Assembly (NCBI GenBank): GCA_963704435.1
Contig: OY969902.1
Coordinates: 450,001-482,000 of the forward strand
From: an uncultured archaeon
Lineage (GTDB): Archaea; Micrarchaeota; Micrarchaeia; Micrarchaeales; CABMGC01
DNA: 32,000 nt
Reading direction: 5' to 3'
Shown here: positions 25,506-32,000 of the stretch, in pieces
How the letters are laid out: each line of letters begins with the position of its first letter
Numbering within the stretch: position 1 is the first letter of the stretch
Position numbers and translations under genes: made by a program
The notes under the pieces: model-generated
Databases searched by the model: none
The model's input: the letters and a program-made list of their open reading frames with translations, nothing else
What the model was told of the DNA's origin: nothing

Positions 25506-27824
25506 TCAGAGGCGATCGACGACCGTCTCGCCGTTCTCCTCCTTGTTCCTTGTCAGCACGTAAACCCTGGCGTTCTCAACCTGCTTGAGCATCTCGTCGT
25601 GGGTTATGATGAAGACCTGGTCGACTATCCTCGGCATTACCTCGCCTATCGACTTGACGAACTTCCCGAGCCCCTGCTGGTCTATGTTGTGCGTGGGCTC
25701 GTCCAATATTATCCACTTGAGATTGGGCACCAAGACCAGCGCGAAGGCCACGCGCATCGCGAGGCATGCGATGCTCCTCTCGCCTCCGCTCGCGATCGCG
25801 TTCACGTCCTCCCACTTCTGCCCGGCGGCGGATCCCGTCTTGACCTTGAGGGCGTAATCGTCTGCGGTCGGCTCGAGCGCGATTCCCTGGTAGTCGCCGT
25901 ACGGATACAGATCCGGCCATATCTCCTGCATTACCTCGTTTATCGAGCCGATGAGCCTTCCCCTGAGCGCGGTCTGCGTCTCCTCCAGCGCATTCCGGAA
26001 CTTCTTCAGGTTCTCCACAGCGTTCTTCCGGATGCTGACGTCATCCAGCATGCGCTCCAGCGTCTCCACCTCCTTCTTCTTCTCCTGGGCCTGGGCGGCC
26101 TTCTCTTTCGCGCGCTTCTCATCCGACTCGAGCAGCGTGCGCAGCTCCCTCAACCTCGTGCTCTGCGCAGTGAACGATTCCTGGAGCGAGTCCAGCATCG
26201 CCTGGCTGATTCCCAATGAACCAAGCTCGCCTTCTTTCTCCACTAGGAACTTCGATGCCTTATCCCGCTCGGCCATATGTCTCTCCAGCCTCTCGGCTGT
26301 CTCGCGCTTAGATTCAATCTCCAGCAGTCTTTCCTTGGTCTTTGACACTGCGTCGCTTGCGGACTCTTTCGCTGCGCGCAGCCTCTCGCTCTCCTCCTGC
26401 GCCTTGGCGAGCCTCTCTCGCCCCTTCGCAAGCCTCGCATCTATGTCCTTGTACTGCGCGAGCCTCTCCTCGATGGCGACAATCCTCTGCAGCTCCTTGG
26501 AATCTTCGTCATGGCTCTTTTCAAGCGCAGCAAGCTCATTGCCATTGCGGGCGATCGCGACATCGAGCTGCTTGACGATCTTTCTCTTGTCCTCAAGCAT
26601 CCTCGACCTCGCGTCCGGCGCGAGCTCCCTTTCGCAGAGGGGGCACTTGCCATCGTGGCCCTCGAGCTCCCTCAGCCACTTCTCGCCGTCGTTCCTTGCC
26701 GCCAGATTCGTGCCGTGCGTCTCGCGCAGCAGCTTGAGCCTTCCGTTTGCCGAACTGATGGCCTCCTCGAGCCTCTTCCTGTCCTTGCCTGCGTATTCCT
26801 TCCTGAGTCGGTCCCGCTCCTCCGACTCCCGCGCCGCGCTCTTTACGTCGGATTCGAGATTCACCAGGACATCGCGGGCCTTTCCCTCCTTATCGGAGGC
26901 TTCCTGCTCGAGCTTCTTCCGCGCCTTGAGCAATGCCTCGGACTCTTCCAGCGCCTTGAGGATGGCGGGCTTGCCCTCGACACCCTTCCTCTCCAGCTTC
27001 TCTATCTCTCCGCCTATGACGCCGATCCTGCTCTTCAGCTCCGCGGTCTCGCGCAGCAGGTTGGTCTTCCTCTCGAACTGGGCCTTGGCCTTGTTGAGCT
27101 CGGACTCGACGGCAGACTTCTTCCCTTCCTGAAGCCCGAGCTCCGCCTTGGTGGCCGCCACGCCCTTCTCCACTGCTTCTATCTCTTCCAGGAGCGATTC
27201 GTACTGCCCCCTGACCTTCCCCATGTCGAGCGCGGCCAGCGCCTTCTCGCTCTCGCCTATCGAGTCCCTTATCTTGTTTATCAGGGAACCGGAGTTGTCC
27301 TGCGCGAGCGCGAACTTGTCCAGTCCGAGCAGCTCGTCTATCTGCTCCTTCCTCTCCCCAGGCCTCAGTTCGAGGAAGTAGGTGAGCCTGTTCTGCTCCG
27401 AGTACACCGCCCGGGAGAAGAGGTCGTAGTCGACCTTGAGGAGACGCTCTATCTCCTCGTTGACCTTCTTGGGCTGCGACTGGATGTAAACGCCGCCCTT
27501 CGAAAGGGTGGCCTTTCCTGGGCCGTCTGTCCCTATCCCGCGCTCGACCTCATAGGAGTCCCCGTCTATGTCGAACTCCAGCTTCACTGACGCGCTGCTC
27601 TTCTGCTCGGGCCTGCTCATTATTATGTCGCCGACCCCGAGCCGCCTGTGCTGCAGCGCGGGGTACGTGCCGAACAGGGCGAAGGAGATCGCGTCCATTA
27701 TCGTGCTCTTCCCCGCGCCCATCTGCCCGAGAAGGATATTCGTGCCCCTTGAGAAATCTAGGCGCGTGTGCCCGTGCGTCTTCCAGTTAGTAAGCTCTAT
27801 CGCCTTTATCATAGGCGCCCCCAA
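25506..27824 (-). CDS. rad50: DNA double-strand break repair ATPase Rad50
   Basis: Walker A GQMGAGKSTIMDAI, zinc hook CPLCERELAPDAR, ABC signature ASGGERSIACLAMR, Walker B WIILDEPTHNID, between long coiled coils. Internal Met at 27812 (MIKAIELTNWKTHG) is a likely start. Confidence 0.93.
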   Translation of the reverse strand: MGAPMIKAIELTNWKTHGHTRLDFSRGTNILLGQMGAGKSTIMDAISFALFGTYPALQHRRLGVGDIIMSRPEQKSSASVKLEFDIDGDSYEVERGIGTDGPGKATLSKGGVYIQSQPKKVNEEIERLLKVDYDLFSRAVYSEQNRLTYFLELRPGERKEQIDELLGLDKFALAQDNSGSLINKIRDSIGESEKALAALDMGKVRGQYESLLEEIEAVEKGVAATKAELGLQEGKKSAVESELNKAKAQFERKTNLLRETAELKSRIGVIGGEIEKLERKGVEGKPAILKALEESEALLKARKKLEQEASDKEGKARDVLVNLESDVKSAARESEERDRLRKEYAGKDRKRLEEAISSANGRLKLLRETHGTNLAARNDGEKWLRELEGHDGKCPLCERELAPDARSRMLEDKRKIVKQLDVAIARNGNELAALEKSHDEDSKELQRIVAIEERLAQYKDIDARLAKGRERLAKAQEESERLRAAKESASDAVSKTKERLLEIESKRETAERLERHMAERDKASKFLVEKEGELGSLGISQAMLDSLQESFTAQSTRLRELRTLLESDEKRAKEKAAQAQEKKKEVETLERMLDDVSIRKNAVENLKKFRNALEETQTALRGRLIGSINEVMQEIWPDLYPYGDYQGIALEPTADDYALKVKTGSAAGQKWEDVNAIASGGERSIACLAMRVAFALVLVPNLKWIILDEPTHNIDQQGLGKFVKSIGEVMPRIVDQVFIITHDEMLKQVENARVYVLTRNKEENGETVVDRL

Positions 27825-27864
27825 ATAAGCCTTTTAAGCGTCGAAAGTATATAATATCGCTAGT

Positions 27865-28386
27865 GTGCGCATGGGGAAGGTCTTTGCCGATGTTATGCTC
27901 GCCAAGCTCGCGCGATGGCTGAGGATGGCGGGCATCGCAGTGTACGACGCTCCTTTCATAGATGACGATGCGCTGCTCGGATCGGTCGAAAGGAGAGGGG
28001 GAGTGCTGCTCACATCGGACGAGCAGCTGTGCGCGAGGGCGAACAAGCGCGGGGTAAGATCAATCCTCGTTAAACAGGACCGCGTCGAGAACCAGATCGC
28101 CCTTGTCGCAACCGCATTGGGAGCCAGGGTTGCGGCGGAGCCCGCAGAGGTGTGTCCGGTCTGCGGCTCCAAGCTGGTCCGCATTGGCAGGAAGAAGGCG
28201 CAGGGCCTCGCGCCCGAGGCGTCATATCGGCACTACAGGCTTTTCCGCTTCTGCAGGAAATGCAAGAAGGCCTACTGGCACGGCACGCATTGGAAAAAGA
28301 TAAGGTCGAGACTGGAAAGGTCAAGAGCCATCCAGAAAAAGTCGCGCACTAGATCAGGCTCTCCTCGAGCACTTCCACTTCGTTGA
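27865..28386 (+). CDS. Mut7-C RNase domain protein (COG1656-like)
   Basis: FADVMLAKLARWLRMAGIAVYDAPFIDDDALL...LLTSDEQLCARA...CPVCG..L...FRFCRKCKKAYWHGTHWKKI is the PIN-like Mut7-C with zinc ribbon. Confidence 0.88.
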   Translation: MRMGKVFADVMLAKLARWLRMAGIAVYDAPFIDDDALLGSVERRGGVLLTSDEQLCARANKRGVRSILVKQDRVENQIALVATALGARVAAEPAEVCPVCGSKLVRIGRKKAQGLAPEASYRHYRLFRFCRKCKKAYWHGTHWKKIRSRLERSRAIQKKSRTRSGSPRALPLR

Positions 28387-28594
28387 CGCCGCCGAGCTTC
28401 CTCAGCTTGTCTTCAATGTCTGAGCTGCCCTCCTTGTCGCCGTGGATGAAAAGAACCTTTATGACCTTTATGCCGAACGCTATGTCCTCGAGCTCTATCC
28501 CCCTCGGCTTGAGCTTTTCCTTTATCTCCTTCTTTACCTCCTCTTCCCTGCCGGCATCGGCGTAAACCCTGAAAAGGACGGCTACGTCGCCCAT
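28349..28594 (-). CDS. ef1b: Archaeal elongation factor 1-beta (aEF1B)
   Basis: MGDVAVLFRVYADAGREEEVKKEIKEKLKPRGIELEDIAFGIKVIKVLFIHGDKEG...DIEDKLRKLGGVNEVEVL. The ORF-track start at 28693 is an artefactual extension. Confidence 0.88.
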   Translation of the reverse strand: MGDVAVLFRVYADAGREEEVKKEIKEKLKPRGIELEDIAFGIKVIKVLFIHGDKEGSSDIEDKLRKLGGVNEVEVLEESLI

Positions 28595-28761
28595 CAAGGT
28601 CCCTCGAACTCGCAGTCCTTGCACCGGTACTTGTTGTAGGTCTCGCGGCAGTGCTTGCACCTGGTTATGGTCGTCTTGCCGCATGCTGGGCACTTGAACT
28701 CAGTGTAGTCCGAAGTCAGCCTGCCGCAGGAACTGCATATCTTTCCGACTAATGGCTCCAT
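28594..28761 (-). CDS. Small Zn-ribbon RNA-binding-like protein (COG2888-like)
   Basis: Manual translation MEPLVGKICSSCGRLTSDYTEFKCPACGKTTITRCKHCRETYNKYRCKDCEFEGP (55 aa, four CxxC). TGATG overlap with the aEF1B start. Missing from the ORF track. Confidence 0.88.
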   Translation of the reverse strand: MEPLVGKICSSCGRLTSDYTEFKCPACGKTTITRCKHCRETYNKYRCKDCEFEGP

Positions 28762-28820
28762 CGTTTCACTCAGTAGGATTATAGAATGTTATTTATAGGA
28801 AAACATATAAAAACGCATCA

Positions 28821-28895
28821 GGGCACGTGGTGTAGCTTGGATAGCATGGCAGCTTGCGGAGCTGTTGGCCGCGGGTTCAAATCCCGCCGTGCCCG
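28821..28895 (+). tRNA. tRNA-Arg (anticodon GCG)
   Basis: Acceptor GGGCACG/CGTGCCC, anticodon arm GCAGC-TTGCGGA-GCTGT, T arm GCGGG-TTCAAAT-CCCGC, discriminator G. TATA-like ATATAAAA ~15 nt upstream. Confidence 0.92.
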
Positions 28896-28931
28896 TAAAT
28901 GATTTATGCGCAGCGAGCCGATTAGAAGCTC

Positions 28932-29324
28932 ATGGTGAATCCCGTGAAGGCAGAAACCAAGGGGCTCGTGTACTCGGTGCAGGAGCATCACGCATCGCAC
29001 CTGCACTACGACCTGAGGCTCGAGCGCGACGGCGTCCTCAAGAGTTGGGCCGTGCCGAAGGGCATTCCTACCGACAGTTCCAGGAGATTGGCCATCGCGG
29101 TGGAGGACCATCCGCTCGATTACGCGTTCTTCGAGGGAGAGATACCGAAGGGCCAGTACGGCGCGGGCACGGTCAAGCTGTGGGACAGGGGAACGTACAC
29201 TGTCACAAGCTGGGGCGATAAAGAAATAGAGATACGCATAGACGGCAAAAAAATAAAGGGCGTCTACGCGCTCATCCGAATAGCTAACAAGAACTGGCTG
29301 ATCTTCAAGACAGCCAAAAGGTGA
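28932..29324 (+). CDS. Stand-alone DNA ligase D-type 3'-phosphoesterase (PE) domain protein
   Basis: [74 protein letters not shown] is the LigD PE signature. No ligase or polymerase domain. Confidence 0.9.
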   Translation: MVNPVKAETKGLVYSVQEHHASHLHYDLRLERDGVLKSWAVPKGIPTDSSRRLAIAVEDHPLDYAFFEGEIPKGQYGAGTVKLWDRGTYTVTSWGDKEIEIRIDGKKIKGVYALIRIANKNWLIFKTAKR

Positions 29325-29351
29325 AGGCGGGGGCATAAGCCCCCAAGAAAT

Positions 29352-29576
29352 CTACCTCCTTCCCCTTCTGTTCATCTTCGCTCTAGCGACATATCCGCTC
29401 TTGTCGATGAAGTAAAGATATCCTTCCTGCCTTGCGACTCTCTCAGTCCCTACCTTGGCCTTCCTGCCCCTGGAGTTCGTCTTCATGGGCGTTCTCCAGA
29501 CGTAGCCGTCCTTGCCAAGGAAGTACAGATAGCCATCTTCTCTGCTTACTCTCTCTCTTCCAACTCTTTCTGCCAA
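29352..29576 (-). CDS. Small basic protein with internal tandem duplication
   Basis: 74 aa: RVSREDGYLYFLGKDGYVWRTPMKTNSRGRKAKVGTE followed by RVARQEGYLYFIDKSGYVARAKMNRRGRR. Repeated [RE]xGYLYF-x2-K-x-GYV unit. Confidence 0.65.
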   Translation of the reverse strand: MAERVGRERVSREDGYLYFLGKDGYVWRTPMKTNSRGRKAKVGTERVARQEGYLYFIDKSGYVARAKMNRRGRR

Positions 29577-29705
29577 TGTCTCACCGATAATAGAATTATG
29601 TATATCCTTTTATATCTATCGTCGGGCTACCGTCAGTAAAATATATGCCATACGCCGAGAAATGACCGGTTTTTATATCTTTCACTCAGAATTGTCTTTG
29701 ATTAC

Positions 29706-30449
29706 ATGATTGAGATAAAGCTGTTCAAGGACAGGAGCCTCAAGGGCTACTCCCTCATAGAGGGCTTCCCGGGGATAGGGCTCGTCGGGCCCATGGCAGC
29801 GAGCTACATGATCGAGAAGCTGGAGATGGAGTACATAGGGTACATTCGCAGCGACCTCTTCCCTCCGATAGCCGCGGTGCACAACGGCATCCCGATGAAC
29901 ACCGCGAGGATATACGCCGACACCAAGGACAAGCTGGTCGTCGTGCTCTCTGAGTTCACCATACCCACAAGCGTGGTCTACCAGCTGGGCAGCGAACTGA
30001 TGTCATTCATGAGGAAGAACGGAATAGGCAACATAATATCCATCGGGGGCACGCCCACCCAAAAGCAGGGCCCAGCTCCTTACATCATATCCTCAGATTC
30101 TGCGATGGTGAAGAAGGCGGCCGCGCAGGGCATAAAGAGGATACAGGAAGGCGTTATCGCCGGAGTTAGCGCTGTCCTGATGACGAGCGCGGATGAGTTC
30201 GGCATAACCGCCTCCAACCTGCTGGTCGAGGTAAATCCGGTGATAATGGATCCCAAGTACGCCAAGACCGCGATACAGGGGCTCCAGAAGCTGACCGGCC
30301 TGAAGATAGATCTGGCTGACCTGGACAAGGAGACCAAGGAGGTCGAGGCCAGGGTCAGGGAGATGCTTAAGAAGGCGAAGGACACGCACGAGCACTACAA
30401 TGAGGCCGCAGCGGGAGCCGGTGCGGAGGGCCCTTCGATGTACGCTTGA
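29706..30449 (+). CDS. PAC2 family protein (proteasome assembly chaperone 2-like)
   Basis: LIEGFPGIGLVGPMAASYMIEKL, DLFPPIAAVHNGIP, GGTPT and LLVEVNPVIMDP match archaeal PAC2 family. Confidence 0.88.
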   Translation: MIEIKLFKDRSLKGYSLIEGFPGIGLVGPMAASYMIEKLEMEYIGYIRSDLFPPIAAVHNGIPMNTARIYADTKDKLVVVLSEFTIPTSVVYQLGSELMSFMRKNGIGNIISIGGTPTQKQGPAPYIISSDSAMVKKAAAQGIKRIQEGVIAGVSAVLMTSADEFGITASNLLVEVNPVIMDPKYAKTAIQGLQKLTGLKIDLADLDKETKEVEARVREMLKKAKDTHEHYNEAAAGAGAEGPSMYA

Positions 30450-30461
30450 CGCTTCTGCGGT

Positions 30462-30564
30462 GCGGGGGTGGCAGAGTCTGGTCTGGCAAAGCCACAGAAA
30501 AATGCGCAGGACTTAAGATCCTGTGGCCTCAGCGCCTTCGAGAGTTCAAATCTCTCCCCCCGCA
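30462..30564 (+). tRNA. tRNA-Leu (anticodon TAA) with abnormally long D-loop region or intron
   Basis: Acceptor GCGGGGG/CCCCCGC, anticodon arm CAGGA-CTTAAGA-TCCTG, class II variable region TGGCCTCAGCGCCTTC, T arm GAGAG-TTCAAAT-CTCTC. Length 103 nt because ~27 nt lie between the D-stem halves GCAG...ATGC. Confidence 0.9.
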
Positions 30565-30615
30565 ATCATTAAGGAAAAGTATTGTTAATTTTGCATGCGA
30601 CAGATATTGAAGTAT

Positions 30616-30687
30616 GCCCCTGTAGCTCAGTGGTAGAGCGTCTGCATGGTAAGCAGAAGGCCGCGAGTCCAATTCTCGTCGGGGGCT
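30616..30687 (+). tRNA. tRNA-Thr (anticodon GGT)
   Basis: Acceptor GCCCCTG/CGGGGGC, anticodon arm TCTGC-ATGGTAA-GCAGA, T arm GCGAG-TCCAATT-CTCGT, discriminator T. Confidence 0.92.
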
Positions 30688-30732
30688 GTACTCGCAATGC
30701 GAGGGCGCATCAAAGATTCGTAGGAGATTTAA

Positions 30733-31821
30733 ATGGACGGAGAGGTTGTCTATCTATTCGTATACGACGTGGGCACCAAGTTCACTGAGGAGCAGCTGAA
30801 AGGCATGCTCAAGAACCCCGAGGACTTCTCAAAGCACGAATACGCGAAACCCACCCCTGAGGAGATTGTCTCAATCAGGATACCCTTCATATTCAATCTC
30901 AAGGAGGAGACGCTGGAGAACAAGAAGGAGGTCCTGAAGTTCAAGGTCCAGTGCGCGATATACACGACAGGGAGCTACTCGATAAGGGTCAGGCACCGTT
31001 TCTCCCAGGCTGACGCGGAGTTCCTGAAAAGGCTGGCGTTCGACAGCGGCATTTGGGAGTTCGTGACGAAGGCGGAGCAGAAGGCAAAGGTGAAGGTGGA
31101 GGCGTCGCTGTCGAAAATAAGCCAGATAAAACCCAGCAGCCAGAACGAGATCTACAACTTCTATTACATCGAGGGCGAGAAGGGCGACATCGTAAGGAAG
31201 CACCGGAGCCTGATAACGGGAATGCTCATCGACGAGCCGAATCCCGATGCGCTGGAGGCCTCGTATTCCACGGAGGTCATGAAAAGGAGGCTATCGTACA
31301 CGGCCTCCGAAGTCACATATGTGGGATGGGAAAGCGCGGTCAGGATAGACACGGCGAAGTCGTATGAGTACGAGGTGCTTCTCGCGGAGATAGCCAATGT
31401 GCAGCTGCTGGAACTGCGAATACACCACGACGCCATATCGAAGAAGATAGCCGACACTGACGTCCTGATGACGCAGCTATTCAACCCGCGCAGGTTCTCG
31501 AAGGGAGTCGACCTCAGGAAGCTCAACCTGATGCTCGGGGAGCTCTACAAAAACACAAAGGATACGATAACCGCAGTGAACGACACGATATACGGGTTCG
31601 GGGACTGGTACCTGGTGAAGCTGTACGGCCTCTTCAACGACGTCTTCCAGATAGACGAATGGAGGGCCTACCTGGATCGGGACCTGCAGACGGTAGAGCA
31701 GAGGAGGGTCTTCGTCTCCGAGATAATAAGCAACAACGGACAGCGGTTGCTGGAGCTGATAGTCATCTCGCTGATAGTGCTTGAGGTGCTCCTGGAGGTC
31801 CTCTACCTGATCAGAATCTAG
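30733..31821 (+). CDS. RMD1/DUF155-like protein with C-terminal transmembrane helix
   Basis: 362 aa. C-terminus QTVEQRRVFVSEIISNNGQRLLELIVISLIVLEVLLEVLYLI and upstream SYEYEVLLAEIANVQLLELRIHHDAISKKI resemble RMD1/Sif2/DUF155 layout. Similarity is moderate. Confidence 0.5.
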   Translation: MDGEVVYLFVYDVGTKFTEEQLKGMLKNPEDFSKHEYAKPTPEEIVSIRIPFIFNLKEETLENKKEVLKFKVQCAIYTTGSYSIRVRHRFSQADAEFLKRLAFDSGIWEFVTKAEQKAKVKVEASLSKISQIKPSSQNEIYNFYYIEGEKGDIVRKHRSLITGMLIDEPNPDALEASYSTEVMKRRLSYTASEVTYVGWESAVRIDTAKSYEYEVLLAEIANVQLLELRIHHDAISKKIADTDVLMTQLFNPRRFSKGVDLRKLNLMLGELYKNTKDTITAVNDTIYGFGDWYLVKLYGLFNDVFQIDEWRAYLDRDLQTVEQRRVFVSEIISNNGQRLLELIVISLIVLEVLLEVLYLIRI

Positions 31822-31915
31822 GCGGTTCTCCATCGCGTTTTCCCTGCTTTGTTATTCTTGCGCGGACGCCTTCGGAAAGGCATAAATAACTGAAAAACCA
31901 AAGTGAACCGATAGC

Positions 31916-32000
31916 GTGTGCCAAGTGCTAGTGGGTAGGGTAACGGAAGTTAGGGGAACTTCCATAACCGTCGAGAGGGAAGGGAGGCTGGAGGAGCTGA
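31916..32000 (+). CDS. N-terminus of a small HypC/CooT-like protein, truncated by window edge
   Basis: GTG start followed by V/MCQVLVGRVTEVRGTSITVEREGRLEEL. The MC-x-V-x-G-x-V pattern resembles HypC/CooT. TATA-like CATAAATAAC lies ~30 nt upstream. Confidence 0.4.
   Translation, partial: MCQVLVGRVTEVRGTSITVEREGRLEEL

Noticed and set aside
25951-27590. 393-aa and 359-aa ORFs antisense to rad50
   Set aside because: Ser-rich or Leu-rich shadow translations over a gene with all Rad50 motifs.
31861-31945. Possible rRNA-like fragment (GTGAACCGATAGCG...) near the window end
   Set aside because: Resembles a 23S segment only by short chance words. Flanking sequence does not continue as rRNA, and an ORF with a promoter explains it better.
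1-32000. CRISPR arrays, transposases, integrases, toxin-antitoxin or restriction-modification genes
   Set aside because: None were seen. No regularly spaced direct repeats and no mobile-element protein motifs in any plausible ORF.

Overview
This looks like a compact, gene-dense archaeal chromosome segment. Supporting signs are TATA-box promoters, an archaeal information-processing gene set, ATA/AGG-rich codon usage and many 1-4 nt gene junctions. Gene content suggests a DPANN/Micrarchaeota-like genome, but that placement is inference.

Most of the window is housekeeping: ScpA (partial), P5C-dehydrogenase-like ALDH, DUF192, a double-HTH Lrp-like regulator, FEN-1, MBF1, an M50/S2P protease, two FtsZ paralogs, SecE, an NFACT-R protein, pyrophosphatase, two flippases, a large multi-pass membrane protein, a TRAM protein, proteasome beta, aCPSF1, NUDIX, an S26e-like zinc ribbon, an RpiB-fold protein, a COG2522-like HTH, glutamate dehydrogenase, PolX, Rad50, Mut7-C, an EF-1beta plus Zn-ribbon pair, a stand-alone LigD phosphoesterase domain, a PAC2-like protein, an RMD1/DUF155-like protein and three tRNAs. 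I found no CRISPR array, prophage, transposon or recognisable defence island.

The observations most worth follow-up are:
(1) a tRNA-Leu(UAA) gene with a ~27-nt D-loop containing an extra hairpin (unusual intron or expanded D-loop);
(2) a nested inverted-repeat element at 2371-2432, followed by an 8-bp palindrome whose spacer is a TATA box, upstream of the Lrp-like gene;
(3) an NFACT-R protein lacking NFACT-N, located after ftsZ-secE;
(4) a small tandem-duplicated GYLYF-K-GYV protein;
(5) an S26e-like zinc ribbon;
(6) an RpiB-fold protein lacking the usual motifs;
(7) a divergent flippase-flippase/membrane-protein surface-glycan locus.

Nothing here can be declared a new system from sequence alone.
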